Positions 24,255 through 38,160 of a DNA stretch of 64,000 nt are shown here, piece after piece. Each line of letters starts with the position of its first letter. The first letter of the stretch is position 1. The translations under genes were made by a program, and so were the position numbers. The notes beneath the pieces were generated by a model. The model had not been told where the DNA came from. It was given only the letters and a program-made list of their open reading frames with translations, and searched no databases. This DNA is from Podarcis muralis (taxonomy: Eukaryota): contig NC_135658.1 in NCBI RefSeq assembly GCF_964188315.1, forward strand, positions 51,150,001 through 51,214,000, read 5' to 3'.

Positions 24255-25068
24255 CTAGAACAGAAAAGGCAGACAGTATTACTTCATTATTGAAACCACA
24301 ACAACCTAAAGTAACAAACCTCTCTGTGTGTGCGTGCATGTGCACAGACACGCACACTTAAGAGCACCTGCAAAAGTTCAAAAAGCGTGAAACAAATCAT
24401 CACTTCACACATTAAGGCTGGCAAAACATGCATTTCAGATTTACTACAGCTGTTGTCAATAGGCCTTTTGTGCCATGGCAACTAGAGAAAGCATGGATCT
24501 GGCTGTGCACCCACCCACTCATATGCATATGGCAGTCACCCAGAGATTTCAGAAGGCAAACAGCTGACTCTGGTGTCATAGGGAGAAACACAGAAAGAGT
24601 ACCTGGGAAGGTGCTATCAGTATCTTAGCAGTTACAATACTATAGGGAAGGGCTGCACCTACAGCCAGTTGTTTCCTAGCCAAAGACAGTATTACTCCTC
24701 TCCAAGAGCCATTTGTCATGCTGGCTGACACTGAGTAAAAAGCTTACCTGTGCCTTCACATATGGGAGATGCCCCCTCTTTTTTTACCGGGAACTCCCAA
24801 ATGCACAGATAGTTTTTTCCAGATACAGCAGCTAATGTTTTGGCCTGCACTTTGAAACCAAAGTGTAGGTAGAATACGCTGAATATGCAAAAGCATCTTG
24901 GAAGCCTAGGAGCTTAGTGACCTTGAAATGTACTGCTAGCAGAATCTGTGCTCATTATTCAGGGTTGGAAAGGAAAAACTCACAGGCTTTCAGCATCTGA
25001 ACACATCTGAATGTTTTCTCAAATGCAATGCAATACATGTTCTACAACCTTCATATATTTGGCATAAA

Positions 25069-25266
25069 GGGAAGAGCCATAGCTCAATGGTAGAGCATTT
25101 GCTTTGGGAATCAAAGGTTTTTCCATTCCCAGCATCTCCAGGTTGGGGCCGAGGATGTCCTGTATCAGAAGCCCAGAAAAGTCACTTCCAGTCAGTGAAG
25201 ATAATACTGAGCTAGATGGAGCAAACTCATCTGACTCAGCATAAAGTCACTGCTGCTGTTTCTATG
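25069..25266 (+). mobile_element. tRNA(Ala)-like-headed SINE with LF-SINE/CR1-like tail (Squam2-like)
   Basis: tagctcaatggtagagcatttgcttt head; ccagtcagtgaagataatactgagctagatgga tail. Confidence 0.65.
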
Positions 25267-27973
25267 AACTACACAATTCCAAGGCAAAGAATGCACCTTG
25301 AATGTAGAAAGTCTCAAGTTCAGTTCCTGAGATCTCCAATTAAAAATCTCAGGTAGCAGGAAAGAAGTTTTTTCTTACATTTTGGGTGCACCACTGACAG
25401 CAAAGAGTGAAAAACAGAATACAGGCCCAGGTATACCACTGCACAACTTCAAGTACAGCTGTTTGCACAGCTATTCTCACATGTGAGCAGTTACAATCAC
25501 AACAGCATTCCTCCTTCAGAAGTCAGGAAGGAATAAAAATGCTTCAAAGTCCATGCAAATCTGATGGGATCAGTTTGTGATGTGAACAGGAAACATGTGC
25601 TTCCAACTTTCCATAGTCGCAATTTTTTACACACTTGACCTATGCTGTGTCTGTGCATGAACAGAACTTACTTATGCTTGTGCAATAGGCCTTGACCTCC
25701 TTCTCCTTCTCCCCTCTTCTTCCAGCAGTCCCCTACACACCTTCGAAATCACCCACCCACTCCAGATCCTCTGCAGAGACTCTGAAGGTGTGCAAGGAGG
25801 AGAGCAGCAAGGTCAAGTTAGTTCACCCACTAGTTATAACTTTTAACACTCACTTTGCTAGGACAGGCTTACATATTATCTGTTGGTACAGATTGCTTTG
25901 TTTACATTTTCATCTCTAAAAACACATTCATTCCACCTAACCCCACGTTTCCATATATCTTACATTTTTTTGAATGAATCAGTTCAGGTGGCTCAGACAA
26001 CATTCACTCAGATTATTAAAACTGGTCACATCTTCAAAGGCTCTTAGAATGCAGCATCTGCTTTCAGGTGCCTTAAAAGGAGCTGCCATCTGACACAAAG
26101 GCTTTTGGTAACTTAATATTAATCCTCTTCAAAAATCAAATTAGCCTCAAGATGCTTAGTGGGCAACAATAAAGCCATGTAACAGTAGACTCATTTGCTT
26201 GAAGTGACAGCATCAGCAGATACGTGAAACCACAATGATTCTGACTGCAACTGGCATAAATACAATGGAAACATGTGTTATACATCAGTATGTCAAAGAG
26301 TATCCATTTCCAGGAGAAAGCGAGGATGTCTCATGGAAGATGCTCCATGTAACTTTAGAGAGAACATCTGAATATGGTAGGAGACTAAAAGGATAGTCAC
26401 GTGAATGAGTTTAGCATATAAAGGCAAAAACATGCAGCATCCTGGGCAACTTAAGACAGTTTTTCCAGACAAGGGCTGGATGGAACAACTATCATATCAT
26501 AGTCCAAAATCCACATACCCAAAACCGCATTAGGTTTTCAACAGCCTTGCCAATTTTTAATCAAGGGCTGTTGAAAAGATTGCACTCAGAAATATGCTGC
26601 CATAAGGAAAGAATAAAATTTGGAGGTCTCTTATAAACCAAGAGAATGCCTACCAAATAAGCACACATCACGGTAAACCACAAGCAACAGTGTACCCATA
26701 AACACACAGTGTACAATAAACACATACGCACCACAAACTCAGCTCAATTTATATCACATTTAGCACAACTTAGATGTGACATGCATGTGAGAAAACTGTT
26801 CTAGTTTATTTTGTCAGTTCATCAGAAGGGATGACATTTGGGAGTCCTTTGAAGGTAGTAACCAATGTATTTTCTTCAGCATCACACAGAAATGCTGAAT
26901 GAGAATGTGCTGCCTGATGCCCTAAATTCATTAGAACAGAAATGTTACACTGACATCTGCTACCAACAGCTGTAAATATAGGAAATTCATTAGCTGCTTG
27001 TCCAATACACAAGAGCCGCATAAGAAAACACATCAACTGTGGAAGTTATACATCTATATTAATCATGATTATGATCTAAACTTTTCTTACTGTTTAAAGT
27101 GTCCCTTAATTGCATCCACAACTCCATATGACAAGAAACATTAAACTGTCTTCAACAAATAAGTAATGTGGAATACTAAATATGCTGAAGGCTTAATTAG
27201 CAAACGCCTGTCAACTCCAGTGCTATGAAGAAGTCTCAATGTGCTCATGACTTGTCTTAATAATTCAATAAACCAGGGAGTGGAAAGAAAATATGATATT
27301 GCCATGATTATGGACGATGGACTATTTAATAACTAAGTCAATGACTAAATCTTTAGTGGCTAATAGCCCAATTTACTCAGAAGTAAATTGAGATTTGCTG
27401 CTGGAGGAACATGCATAAAAGTGCAGCATAACAGTACAATGCTTTATATGTCTACTCAGTAGTAACTGCCACTGAATTCAATAGTATTTATTCCAAGTGG
27501 TATACGACTGCCGTCTAAATAATCTAAGCACTGATTTTCTCATATGGATTCCACTTAGTTTCTCCCCCAGCATAAAGAGGAGCAACAAACCAAGATTCCT
27601 GACTCAGCCTGACATCTGAACTGGACATCATGGGTTATTGCCCTCCAAACAAACCACAATGCAAAGCCAAGGTTTATTGTTGGCTTCCCAAACTTGGGTT
27701 AGCTTGGAGTGAAACAATCCACAAGGCACAGTTAGACAGAATGTTAAGCCAGGGATTGTTGCTCTCACTAGAGCAGAAAAGCTGGAGATATCTCAACATT
27801 TGCAGGGAAGCATTAACAATGGTTTACCATGATGTGTGAAGTCAAAACTGTCTACCCAACCTCCTCCCTCTGCTCTTGTGCTGATTATCCCAAAAGAGTT
27901 ACTAGATGAACATGGGAGCTACAGAGATTGATGACTAAGAGTAAGATATGCATATGGATATGGATAGATATAA

Positions 27974-28149
27974 GGGACGCAGGTGGTGCTGTGGTCTAAA
28001 CCACTGAGCCTAGGGTTTGCTGATCAGAAGGTCGGCAGTTCGAATACCCGCGACGGGGTGAGCTCCCATTGCTCGGTCCCAGCTCCTGCCAACCTAGCAG
28101 TTCGAAAGCACGTCAAAGTTCAAGTAAATAAATAGGTACCACTCCAGCG
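27974..28149 (+). mobile_element. Sauria SINE, 5' half
   Basis: gggacgcaggtggtgctgtggtctaaaccac head with B-box gttcgaatacc; stops after ggtaccactccagcg. Confidence 0.9.
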
Positions 28150-28880
28150 ATATTTTAGGAGCTTGTTCACTCATAGGACAGAGGATGGCCCAGTGGAAAA
28201 ACTCACCTTCACATATTGTTAGTCTCACCCTTACTGTGCAAGGTTGCTAAAAGTTAATCATTCCAACACAGGCTGTAGACATTCACCTCTAATGAAAGTT
28301 TATACAGACTCAGATCTTATTTATTTAGCGGAGAATCAATTTGCACTCTGCCTGCTGCATACAATATGCAGCATTACCTTAAAAGGGATTAAACATGGGT
28401 CACTTAATACAGCCTTATTAAATTTAACAGGACTACCACAGTGTTGAGCGGTCACCTAACCCTTGAGAATTAAAGAAGCGGAAAAGCGAAGAACCTTTGG
28501 GAAAAGTTAGTCAAGGTGAAACATTTTACTCCTGAAAACCCTAAAACGCTTGATGCCCAAATGCTGACAGCAATGTAAAAGGGAAGGGATCCTTGAAAAG
28601 GTCAGCTGATTCTTGCAACAAGGATAGGAGGTGCTACTTCTGTGTTTTCCCCAAAGCACCAAATGAGGCGCTAAAGAAGCTCCATTGGTTCTCAGATAAC
28701 TAAACATTTCTGTGGGGTGTCCTCTCCTCTCTCCAACAGTTCAAATCTGTCACCCCAGAACACTCCAAGCTTGGAAACCTGTGTCTTACCTGAATATCAG
28801 ATAAAAGGGTCACCAGACAAATACTGCACATAGCAGTCACAGAAACATAGAAAGCCCCCTTATACAAAGGCAGACCACCA

Positions 28881-28980
28881 GTTTACACACTGACTAGCAG
28901 CTACTCTCCAGAGTTTCAGACCAGAGTTCTCTCCCAGCCCTAGCTGGAGATGTTAGGGATTGACCCTGTGACCTTCTGCA
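28881..28980 (-). mobile_element. Squam2-like SINE fragment
   Basis: Reverse complement of the same family body (cactgactagcagctactctccagagtttcag). Confidence 0.55.
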
Positions 28981-29063
28981 CCATCCTACTTACAACTTTG
29001 TTTGCACCTAGTCCATTCTGGATCCCAGTATCCCCAAGATAAGAGTTCTGAAGCAAAGTTCCT

Positions 29064-29199
29064 CAGAAGAATATTTGTGACCTTCCACATGTTGCTGGAT
29101 TACACCTTCCATAATCCCCCGCCACTCATCATGCTGCTTGGTGCTGATGGAAGCTGGAATCCAATAGCATCTGAAGGGTCACAGGTTCCCCCTTCCCTG
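29064..29199. mobile_element. Palindromic MITE family P (degenerate)
   Basis: gatggaagctggaatccaatagcatctgaagggtcacaggttcccc right arm. Confidence 0.6.
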
Positions 29200-30425
29200 C
29201 AGTAGGTACTTGAAGCTTTCTCATGCGGTCAACCTGTCTTCTGAGACTGAGCATGGCCACCCCCTCCACTTCCAAGCACCCACAAAGAGATGCAAATGGG
29301 TGATTACTTCCTCCCTGTGTGACCACCCATGCTATACAGTATGTCTATAAAAGAATCTATCAAGCATTGCCAAATGTTTTGGGGAAGTGGGTTTATTCAG
29401 GTATCTCCAAGTTTTGGAGCCTCTGGTTTAATTCAGGGCCAGGCGGTTGGGAGGAAGAAACAGCAGCAATAACAACCAGGGGTCTGGGTTTCTTGGTTGT
29501 TGTTTTTTTAAAAAGTAGGGCATGGGCTTATGGTGGCAGTGGTGAAACAGGAAGTTTGCAAATGGTAAACCGTTTGGTTGAAAGCCACAGCATTACGTCA
29601 TGCAACTGTAAATAAGCACAGATGCAATTTTATGCATATTCTGGGGCTTTCTGAAGCCTCGGAATTGTTTGGTTTCGTGCAAGTAATCCCTCAGCATGTG
29701 TCATCCATCACTTCTAAAGATAACTTTCTTTAACCAAGAAACTTTACACATCTCTGAATCATCAGAAGTACTACCACGTGGATTGCAAGACTAAGTGTCC
29801 CCACAAATTCCCACAAGTGTAGACTGGCTAGGGGAAAAAATATGGGATGCTACATTGTTAATCCAGCTAACTTGTTTTTCTAACAGCTGATCAAGAAAAA
29901 CAGACCAATCCATCGAAAATGTGTGTTTATTAATTTTTAGAACACATCTCAATATAAAAATCAAGCCTTAGTGTGTGTTTTTCTTTGCTGCAATATTAGT
30001 TTAGGGTTTTATTACGGTTATATCAAATACATCATACTTGCAGTTTTTATTAGATCTTATATTTTGTTTGTAAATACTTCTAGCTCGTTACATTTCTTAT
30101 GAGTGTAAATTTCTCTTTTTATAATAAAAAGCTGTTTTAAAAAGTGACTAGTGTGTATCTTGTTTATTGTTTAATTGCTAAGGGCTTATGCCCCGCTAAC
30201 TCCACTCTCACCAACCTGTCAATCCCTCCATATTAAACCCCTCTTCCAGGCTTCCCACCCCATGCATCCTTTATCTCTGTCACATATTATTTCTTACATG
30301 TGAGGAAGCTGAGGAGCAGAAAAGAGGGGGACTTAACTTGCCTCTTCCTTGCATTATCTACAGTATTTCACAGACCAGCTTACAATTTCTTGAACCACCA
30401 ATACTTTTTACCTAAACTAAAAATG

Positions 30426-30426
<1 letters not shown>

Positions 30427-30491
<65 letters not shown>
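30427..30491. repeat. (CT)20(CA)12 compound microsatellite
   Basis: Direct read. Confidence 0.97.
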
Positions 30492-31895
30492 GATTAATTT
30501 ATTCTGCTTATCAGAGACCCTTGAAGAGGTTTTCCTGCAAAGCCATTTGATAAAACCAAGCACACAACGGAATTAATTTGCATGTCTGTCCTATTATAAG
30601 AAACAGTCACACTCACACCTTGGAATGGCACTCGCTTAGGGCAAATCCAACGTGTATTAGTGTAGGATGTGGGACAAGGTTTAAAAACACATCTTAACAA
30701 ACTTGAAAATATTATGTGAAAAACAGTTGCTTTATGTTTCGACCCCCTAGCTCTAGTAAGATTTGAAGATGTGCAATTGCTACAAATAAAAGGTATGCCC
30801 CACGCCCAGAGAGATGCAGTTCAGTTGTGTCAATGGATGAGCCAAAGGATGCCAAGCAACCTGTCAGCTTTAAAGGAGGACACAGGCTGGATAAGGAGCA
30901 AAAGGTTGAATCAATTAAATAAGTGTCTGCTTACTTTCTTTGCTGCCTTGCCACGAAGCGCAACCCGAAAGCACTCAACCTGAAGCGTATTTATCCCGAG
31001 GTATGACTGTATCAGCACTAGCCCTAAAAAGATCCAACTGGCAAATCAAATTTCCTCCAACAAATTCATTGCAAGCTGTAAATCCCAGGGATTTCAAAAG
31101 AACTTGCCACAACACAGTGAGGTTCAAATTAGCACACAAAGCACTCCAGATGCCCTTATGTCAATCGTTTCAACCGAAATACGCCCATTTAAAAATGCAT
31201 TCCAAATCACACCATGCTGTTTCCATCCACAAAATAATTGTCATCTGATGTACCTCAAACCAGCTGAAGCAAGAAGGTGTAAAGCCCACAGGAACTGAAT
31301 ATGACCGTACCTCAGAAAGCTACAGAGTTAGCATATATAAAAGGAAACCACCAAAAAAAGCTTGCATGGCAACCCACCTACCTGAAAGAAATAAAAACCC
31401 AACCAAGAGGGACAATGACTCTTTGAAGAAAGGCGAAATCATGCACCGGTGGGGTAGGCGAGGCAGATCATTTCCATCTTCACTGCACCAGGTGTTTGTT
31501 CCCATTAAGAGAAAGTTATTGTCTGCTAAGAATTCTTTTCTTCAACAGAAAAGAGTCAAAATTATAGGGCTGCACCTGTATAGCTCAGCAATCAACCCTC
31601 CTCTACCTGAAAAAAGCTACTGTGGGGGTTACAAACTCCACAATTATACGTTGTCTCTCCCAGAGATCACAGCAACCTGCTTTTTTCTATCAAGCGCAAT
31701 CCTATATTTCTATTAACCAAGTGGCTGAGGCTCAAGGCAGGGGGCATTGTGAGTTTGGCAAGAATGCATGCAAGACTCAATTGTTCAATGTTTATTAGGA
31801 ATAAAGAAGGCAAGGAAGAGAACAAAGGGACAAAGCAGAATATTGAAAAATAAAAGGGGCTCTTTAGCTCAAGTCTTTGTATCCTGATCTTACTA

Positions 31896-32121
31896 CAGTG
31901 GTACCTAGGGTTAAGTACTTAATTCATTCCGGAGGTCCGTTCTTAACCTGAAACTGTTCTTAACCTGAAGCACCAATTTAGCTAATGAGGCCTCCTGCTG
32001 CCGCCGCACCACCGAAGCACAATATCTGTTCTCATCCTGAAGCAAAGTTCTTAATCCGAAGTAATATTTCTAGGTTAGCGGAGTCTGTAACCTGAAGTGT
32101 ATGTAACCCGAGGTACCACTG
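31896..32121 (+). mobile_element. Tigger/pogo-like MITE
   Basis: Same TIRs; TA TSDs. Confidence 0.92.
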
Positions 32122-33163
32122 TACTTTAAAGCCAGTTTCTGGTCTCCTCATGAGTAGCAGAGGTGATCAGTCCCCATGCATGTCACAGTTCATTTGACTG
32201 GTAGATGGCACCTTTCAGCCAATTATCTTCCAGGTCACATTTGCCAGAGAGTCTGCAAACACTTTCAGGGAAGTGGGGAGATGGGGAGATGGCTGTTATT
32301 TTTGCAGATCTGGGAAGTGGCCATCTGGTGATAAGCATCACCAGCATTTTTCCATCTTTCTGTCAGGCAGCATTTAATATTTTCCTGCTAAACAAGATTT
32401 AATGAATAACCTTTGGGTCTGAGAAGGGGCCCATGCCTTATTCAGCAGCCATGGTGGTGGGCAAGAAACCAGTTTTAGCCACACCCTAAAACAAACACTG
32501 GTTTCTCTCATGCTCAAAAATTCAATCCCACTAAAAAGAAAGGCAGTTGATTATGCAATTACAAGGTGCTTTCTCTTCCTGCTAAGTTGTGTGGCATTAG
32601 AACAAGTCTCACCAAGGGTTACACAAGTTTCTCATCAGGAGTACAGTGTCACATACAACAAGAGTGTTGAGAACAACAATAATCACAGTAGCAGTATGGT
32701 GGACGCCTCGTTTCACCTGAGATCATAAAGCAGTATTTAATGTTTAAACAGCTACTATAAACATGCAGGCATAACACAGAGGTTATCTGCTGTAAGCACA
32801 AAAGCCTCACACTTAAAAGAAAACACAAGAATATAATGGATTGAAGAAATCCTCTCACTAGTTAGAGATGTGACCATGTGCCTCAAGGCAGAAATCTCAA
32901 ACCGGGTAGCTAGAAAGCAAAGTTATCTGAAGGGGATACACAAACGAGCACTTCAAAGCACAGGCTAGTTTAAAGGAACAAAACAATTTAGAGCACAGTA
33001 GCTCAAAGGTCTTTTGATACATGGCAACTCAATTTAGCTGACAGATATACAAAGAAACCAATTCGCATGACAGGCCATTCAGTGGCAGATGGCTGGGGGC
33101 TATTTCCCTCATCTGACTGCTTGTAGCTGGAAGGGAAAAACAACACGGACACAAAATCCAAAT

Positions 33164-33416
33164 CATGGATAGGCAAGCTAAGGCCCGGGGGCCGGATCTG
33201 GCCCAATCGCCTTCTTAATCCGGCCTGTGGATGGTCCAGGAATTAGCGTGTTTTTTACATGAGTAGAATGTGTGCTTTTATTTAAAATGCATCTCTGGGT
33301 TATTTGTGGGGCACAGGAATTCGTTCACCCCCCCAAAAAAAAAATATAGTCCGGCCCCCCACAAGGTCTGAGGGACAGTGGACCAGCCCCCTGCTGAAAA
33401 AGTCTGCTGACCCCTG
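33164..33416 (+). mobile_element. hAT MITE, family A copy 3 (short form)
   Basis: Perfect TSD atccaaat at 33156-33163 and 33417-33424; one internal unit only. Confidence 0.92.
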
Positions 33417-33510
33417 ATCCAAATCTTGAAGCTCCTACAAGTCCTGGAATACCCAGCAGGGACCATCATGTTTCAGGCAGGATTTGATCGTGAACATTTG
33501 GGTATTAGAA

Positions 33511-33860
33511 GGACGTGGGTGGCGCTGTGGTCTAAACCACAGAGCCTAGGGCTTGCTGATCAGAAGGTCGGTGGTTCGAAACCCTGCGACGGGGTGAGCT
33601 CCCGTTGCTTGGTCCCAGCTCCTGCCAACCTAGCAGTTCAAAAACACGTCATAGTGCAAGTAGATAAATAGGTACCACTCCGGCGGGAAGGTAAACGGCG
33701 TTTCTGTGCACTGCTCTGGTTTGCCAGAAGCAGCTTAGTCATGCTGGCCACATGACCTGGAAGCTGCACGCCGGCTCCCTCAGACAATAAAGCGAGATAA
33801 GCGCCGCAACCCCAGAGTCGTCCGCGAGTGGACGTTACAGCCGGGGTCCCTTTACCTTTA
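33511..33860 (+). mobile_element. Sauria SINE, full length
   Basis: Head, core and ggggtccctttaccttta tail present. Confidence 0.93.
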
Positions 33861-34150
33861 TTCAGCAGCCATAATAGAGGGCAATTTTGTCACACATGTA
33901 TAGACAGACAGATTAAAAGTTTATATGTAGATGTCTTTTTAAAATTGGGGGGGGGGGAGATAGCAAAGGATAGAATTGTTTGCAGTCATATTTACAGGCT
34001 GCCAGTTCATTCTGTGGGTGCAGCCTGGTTCATGCTAACCTTTTCTCATGCAGACAATATGCAATCATGCGCAGGCATGCACATACAATCAATTGCATAT
34101 ATTATGCAGTGTCTGTCTATCTGGAGACAAGCAGTGTATCTACAAGAGCC

Positions 34151-34405
34151 CTGTCACTCACACTGGTCATTCAGAAGTTTATGGGAAGCCCACCTGACGG
34201 CAAGAGCTCTTGCTTGTTGCTGTTCCCAAACATCTGATATTCAGTGACATTACTGCCTATGAACATGGAGGCTCCATCATGGCTAATAGTTATTGAAGGA
34301 TGCCTTTTCCCTGAATTTGTCCAGCTCCCCTTAAAAGAAATCTAACCAATGTCCACCATGACACCTCGTGACATTCAATTCCATAAATTAAATTACAAAA
34401 GGTTT
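34151..34405 (-). mobile_element. Old CR1 3' fragment
   Basis: Aligns loosely with 63292-63600 (ccatcatggctaatag...tgaatttgtc). Confidence 0.55.
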
Positions 34406-35320
34406 GGACAATATTCGAGGCATCATGAAGCCATTAACAAGCTTTGGAACAGAATGCTCTGTTCTTGTCCTTCCCTTTCCTGTCACACACTGGCTTCAGT
34501 GAAAGATCCTGGCTCCTATCAAGTCAGAGTTCCCTGGTTCAGGCGTAACAGAGAACTCTGGTTTAATACAAGCTTTCTCTAAGCATGATAGGAAAGGTGA
34601 AAAGAGGAGCAACAGGAGGACCTGTCAACCCCAATGTTTATTCGTGGCTTTACGAAGCCTTGCATAATTGTACAAACAGGCCACATTGTGAATACGTATT
34701 TCCTTTGTTTTTCCTGAAATTTGTGCCGATCAGTTTTATCTGCTAACCCCAAGTTCCACTATTTTAAGAAGAGGGGGGAAATCCCTTTAATCACTTTCCC
34801 CTACAAAATGCTATCCCTCCCTCCCTCCCAATCTCCCAATGTTAGCACTACCTTCCCCAAATTCCAGAACTAGAAATACCCAAACATAGCTTGAAAAAAA
34901 GAAGCATTTGGTGTGTAGGAAAGAGAAAAAAGTATTTCCAAGAGTTGGAATTGTTGGCCTGAAAGAGAGCAAAGAATAGAAACGGAACCTTGGGAATTTG
35001 CACAAAAAAAGTAGCGAAGCTAAGATTTCTTCTCAAAAGACTTCTAGCTAACATGAAACACGCTAACTTGAATGAAAAATAGAGAAAGCTTGGCTTTTTC
35101 TACTGAAGAAGTGTAAGACAGGAATAAATTACTAGGTGTCTATCCCTCTTTGCATAAAATTACAGAGACGGTCCTTTGCCAGTAGTCAAGTGAATATTCC
35201 CAGGAACAAAATATTAAGCTTAAGAAGAGAACTTTAGGAGAATGGGCTTGTCAAAGTGAAGATCAATAATTTGTTAGCAGTCGTGAAAGCAAAAGTTTAA
35301 CTTTGTTTTATTACAGAGTA

Positions 35321-35537
35321 CAGTGGTACCTCGGGTTAAGTACTTAATTCGTTCCAGAGGTCCGTTCTTAACCTGAAACTGTTCTTAACCTGAAGACCAC
35401 TTTAGCTAATGGGGCCCCCTGCTGCCACCGGAGCTCGATTTCTGTTCTCATCCTGAAGCAAAGTTCTTAACCTGAAGCACTATTTCTGGCTTAGTGGAGT
35501 GTGTAACCTGAAGCATATGTAACCCAAGGTACCACTG
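35321..35537 (+). mobile_element. Tigger/pogo-like MITE
   Basis: Same TIRs; TA TSDs. Confidence 0.92.
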
Positions 35538-36172
35538 TACAGCTTTCTTCCATTGGGGTTTAATTAAAAGAAATATATCATAAAGAGGTTAGATTAATTT
35601 CCCTTTATTTTTTAAAACAACGGAGCATGAACCAAGCAAAGTTTAGTCCTTTTAGGAATCACTGGTTTTAGTGGGAATTTTAAACATATGGGCATACGTT
35701 TCCTACTGAAATTAAAACAATGTAAGAGTACTTAACTTTAGAGGATTTTGCTCAGTTACTTTTTCAACACCACCGAATTGTCAGCAATAATTAAAATTTA
35801 GCAATTCTGCATGTTAGCACTAAACTTTTATATTTCACTAGGCAATTAGGAATACATCTTTCCACCATGGTTAACTGACGTCTGTTTTCAGTTTTTAAAT
35901 ATGGTTTTTCTTGTATGTTTTTGTTCTCTCACTGCAAAACACTTTGGTTTTTTATGACCAGGGAGGAAGAAAAAGGGCACCTTTTTTCAATTCCCTTCAT
36001 TTCTGACCACTGGACATGGTAGTTACGACCAATGGAAGTTGGAGTCCAGTAATGTTTGGAGGGTCACAGTTTTCTCATTCCTGTCCTTCAACATTCCTGC
36101 CCTAGGGCACTTATTTGTTAGACTTCTATTTCAGCCACTATTTCTCAAGTCAGAGACATCATGCGAGGACAA

Positions 36173-36252
36173 GGCAATCTGATGCACATCTACTCAGAAG
36201 TTAGTCCTCTTAATGAGGCTTCTTCCCAGAAAAGTGAAAATGGGATTGCAGA
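36173..36252. mobile_element. Ancient ~85-bp imperfect palindromic MITE relic (Chompy/PIF-Harbinger-like)
   Basis: gcaatc...ctactcagaagttagtcc...gggattgc. Related relics at 20392-20475, 38801-38887, 40466-40556 and 58242-58432. Confidence 0.5.
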
Positions 36253-36845
36253 CTTAGGGAGAAAGTGGGCCTTGTCTGAGATAGTGCCATTAACCACACA
36301 TTGGTTTTTCCCCCAATTATATGCTGGAACAGCAAAGACAGACAGGTGGAAAGGATTCACAGCAGAGATTAATGACAAGCTGTTTTTGAAGGAGATTTAT
36401 ATGTTCATGAAAAGCTGCATAATACATACACCACAGCTCATTTGTGTGAAAGTGTTCAGCTGTGGCATTCTGGCAGCAAAATTATAAATAGAACCCTCCA
36501 CAGTTCCCTGATATATACCCTTTTTTTTTTGTTTTCTTATTAGGACCTAATGAGATGCAGTCACATTGCGAAAGGGGTCATGAATTCCACTATCAGCCAG
36601 GAAGGAAATGTCTAGTCCATTTTGTCTCCAGCAGTTCATGTTTCATTATGTAGAATTCCAAAAAACCCTAATGACACCACACAGCAAGAGTGCAGCAGCC
36701 GGAGCATCATTCACTAATGATGAGGTGGTGGAGAGAAACTGTAAGCAGAGGGGCTCATGCCACTTTTGAATCCATCCATTTCATTTCAGGTTATCAGACA
36801 TTCTTTTCCACATTCAAGAGCAATCTAAGTTTCCATCTCTATCAG

Positions 36846-37161
36846 GGTAAAAAAGGTAAAAGGTAAAGGACCCAAGGATGGTTAAGTCCAGCAAAAGGGA
36901 ACTATGGGGTGCAGCACTTCAGGCCAAGGGAGCCGGAGTTTGTCCACAGACAGATTTCCGGGTCACGTGGCCAGCATGACTAAACTACTTCTGGTGCAAC
37001 GGGACACCGTGATGAATGCATGGAGCACATGGAAATGCCATTTACCTTCCCACCACAGCAGTACCTATTTATCTACTTGCCCTGGTGTGCTTCCGAACTG
37101 CTAGGCTGGCAGAAGCTGAGGCAGAGCAATGGGAGCTCACCAACGCCGCACAGATTCAAAC
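36846..37161 (-). mobile_element. Sauria SINE, 5'-truncated
   Basis: Tail reads aggtaaaaggtaaagg on the + strand; core motifs intact. Confidence 0.9.
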
Positions 37162-38044
37162 AATGGGGGAGAGAACACTTTCCCAGGTAAAATTCCAATG
37201 CTGAATTTTTCCATAGCAACAAAATATCCATTGCATGAGCTCTTTAGCAACAATAAGTGTATGCCAACTGCTAACATGCTATCAGGCAAACTTGGCAGTT
37301 TCAACTTCATTGGTTTGCTTAGTAAACACAAATCAAACAAAATGCAAAATTAGATCACTCTCTGGGACATCAAAAAAATTGCCAATGCAAAACTGTCCAA
37401 AACATTACTGAATTCTAAATCACAGAGGCTGCATTTCAGGTGATTTTCTAAGCCAAGGATGTAGAACCTGTCAACAGATGGCCTCCACCCATCCCCTCTA
37501 TTCACATACAAAAGGCTCCAGTCCTGACATCCTGTTTGAAATATAGCAACACAGAGATTTGTGCCATCCAGCCCAGTCAGGAAGGCAAACCATGTTTTGT
37601 TCTTGTTTTACATTCCAGCTTTGGGGGATCACTCAAACACAGCATGTCAATTTGGACACCATGGTGAACTATGGCTTGGGCTCAACAAGAAGGGGAATTA
37701 GGTCCTGTGTGAGAAATAAGGAGGAAAGGGGAAAGAGGGAACACCCGAGCACAGCAATCACCACAATCCCCTAAAAGAGTGTTTGAAGGCTTGTCTGAAT
37801 ATGAACACTGCGTGTACGTGTTTGTACAGACACTGTACAAACTAGCTAGAGAATTCCAAACTCCGCATCACTACAGGTGAGTATTCCCTCTTTTTAATTA
37901 CTTTTTCGTGCTGTAGCTAAAAATGTTTTTCCCCTAATCTTTCACTGTCTCAACCATAGACACTGGTATTACAATACGCAACAGTAACAAAGAAGCATTG
38001 TTAGTTGGAAACAAAGTGTGTATGCATTCTACGAAAATGAGAAA

Positions 38045-38160
38045 ACAAAAACAACAACATTTGTATGCCACCCATCTGACTGGGTTTCCCCAGCCGCTCT
38101 GGGTGGCTCCCAACAGAATATTAAAAACATGATAAAAGATCAAACATTAAAAACTTCCCT
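38045..38160 (-). mobile_element. L2-type LINE 3' tail (same family as 17371)
   Basis: cccatctgactgggtttccccagccgctctgggtggct. Confidence 0.6.

Noticed and set aside
24328-24357. Inverted repeat GTGTGCGTG/CACGCACAC upstream of the exon 2 acceptor
   Set aside because: Explained by low-complexity TG/CA alternation; there is no evidence of function.
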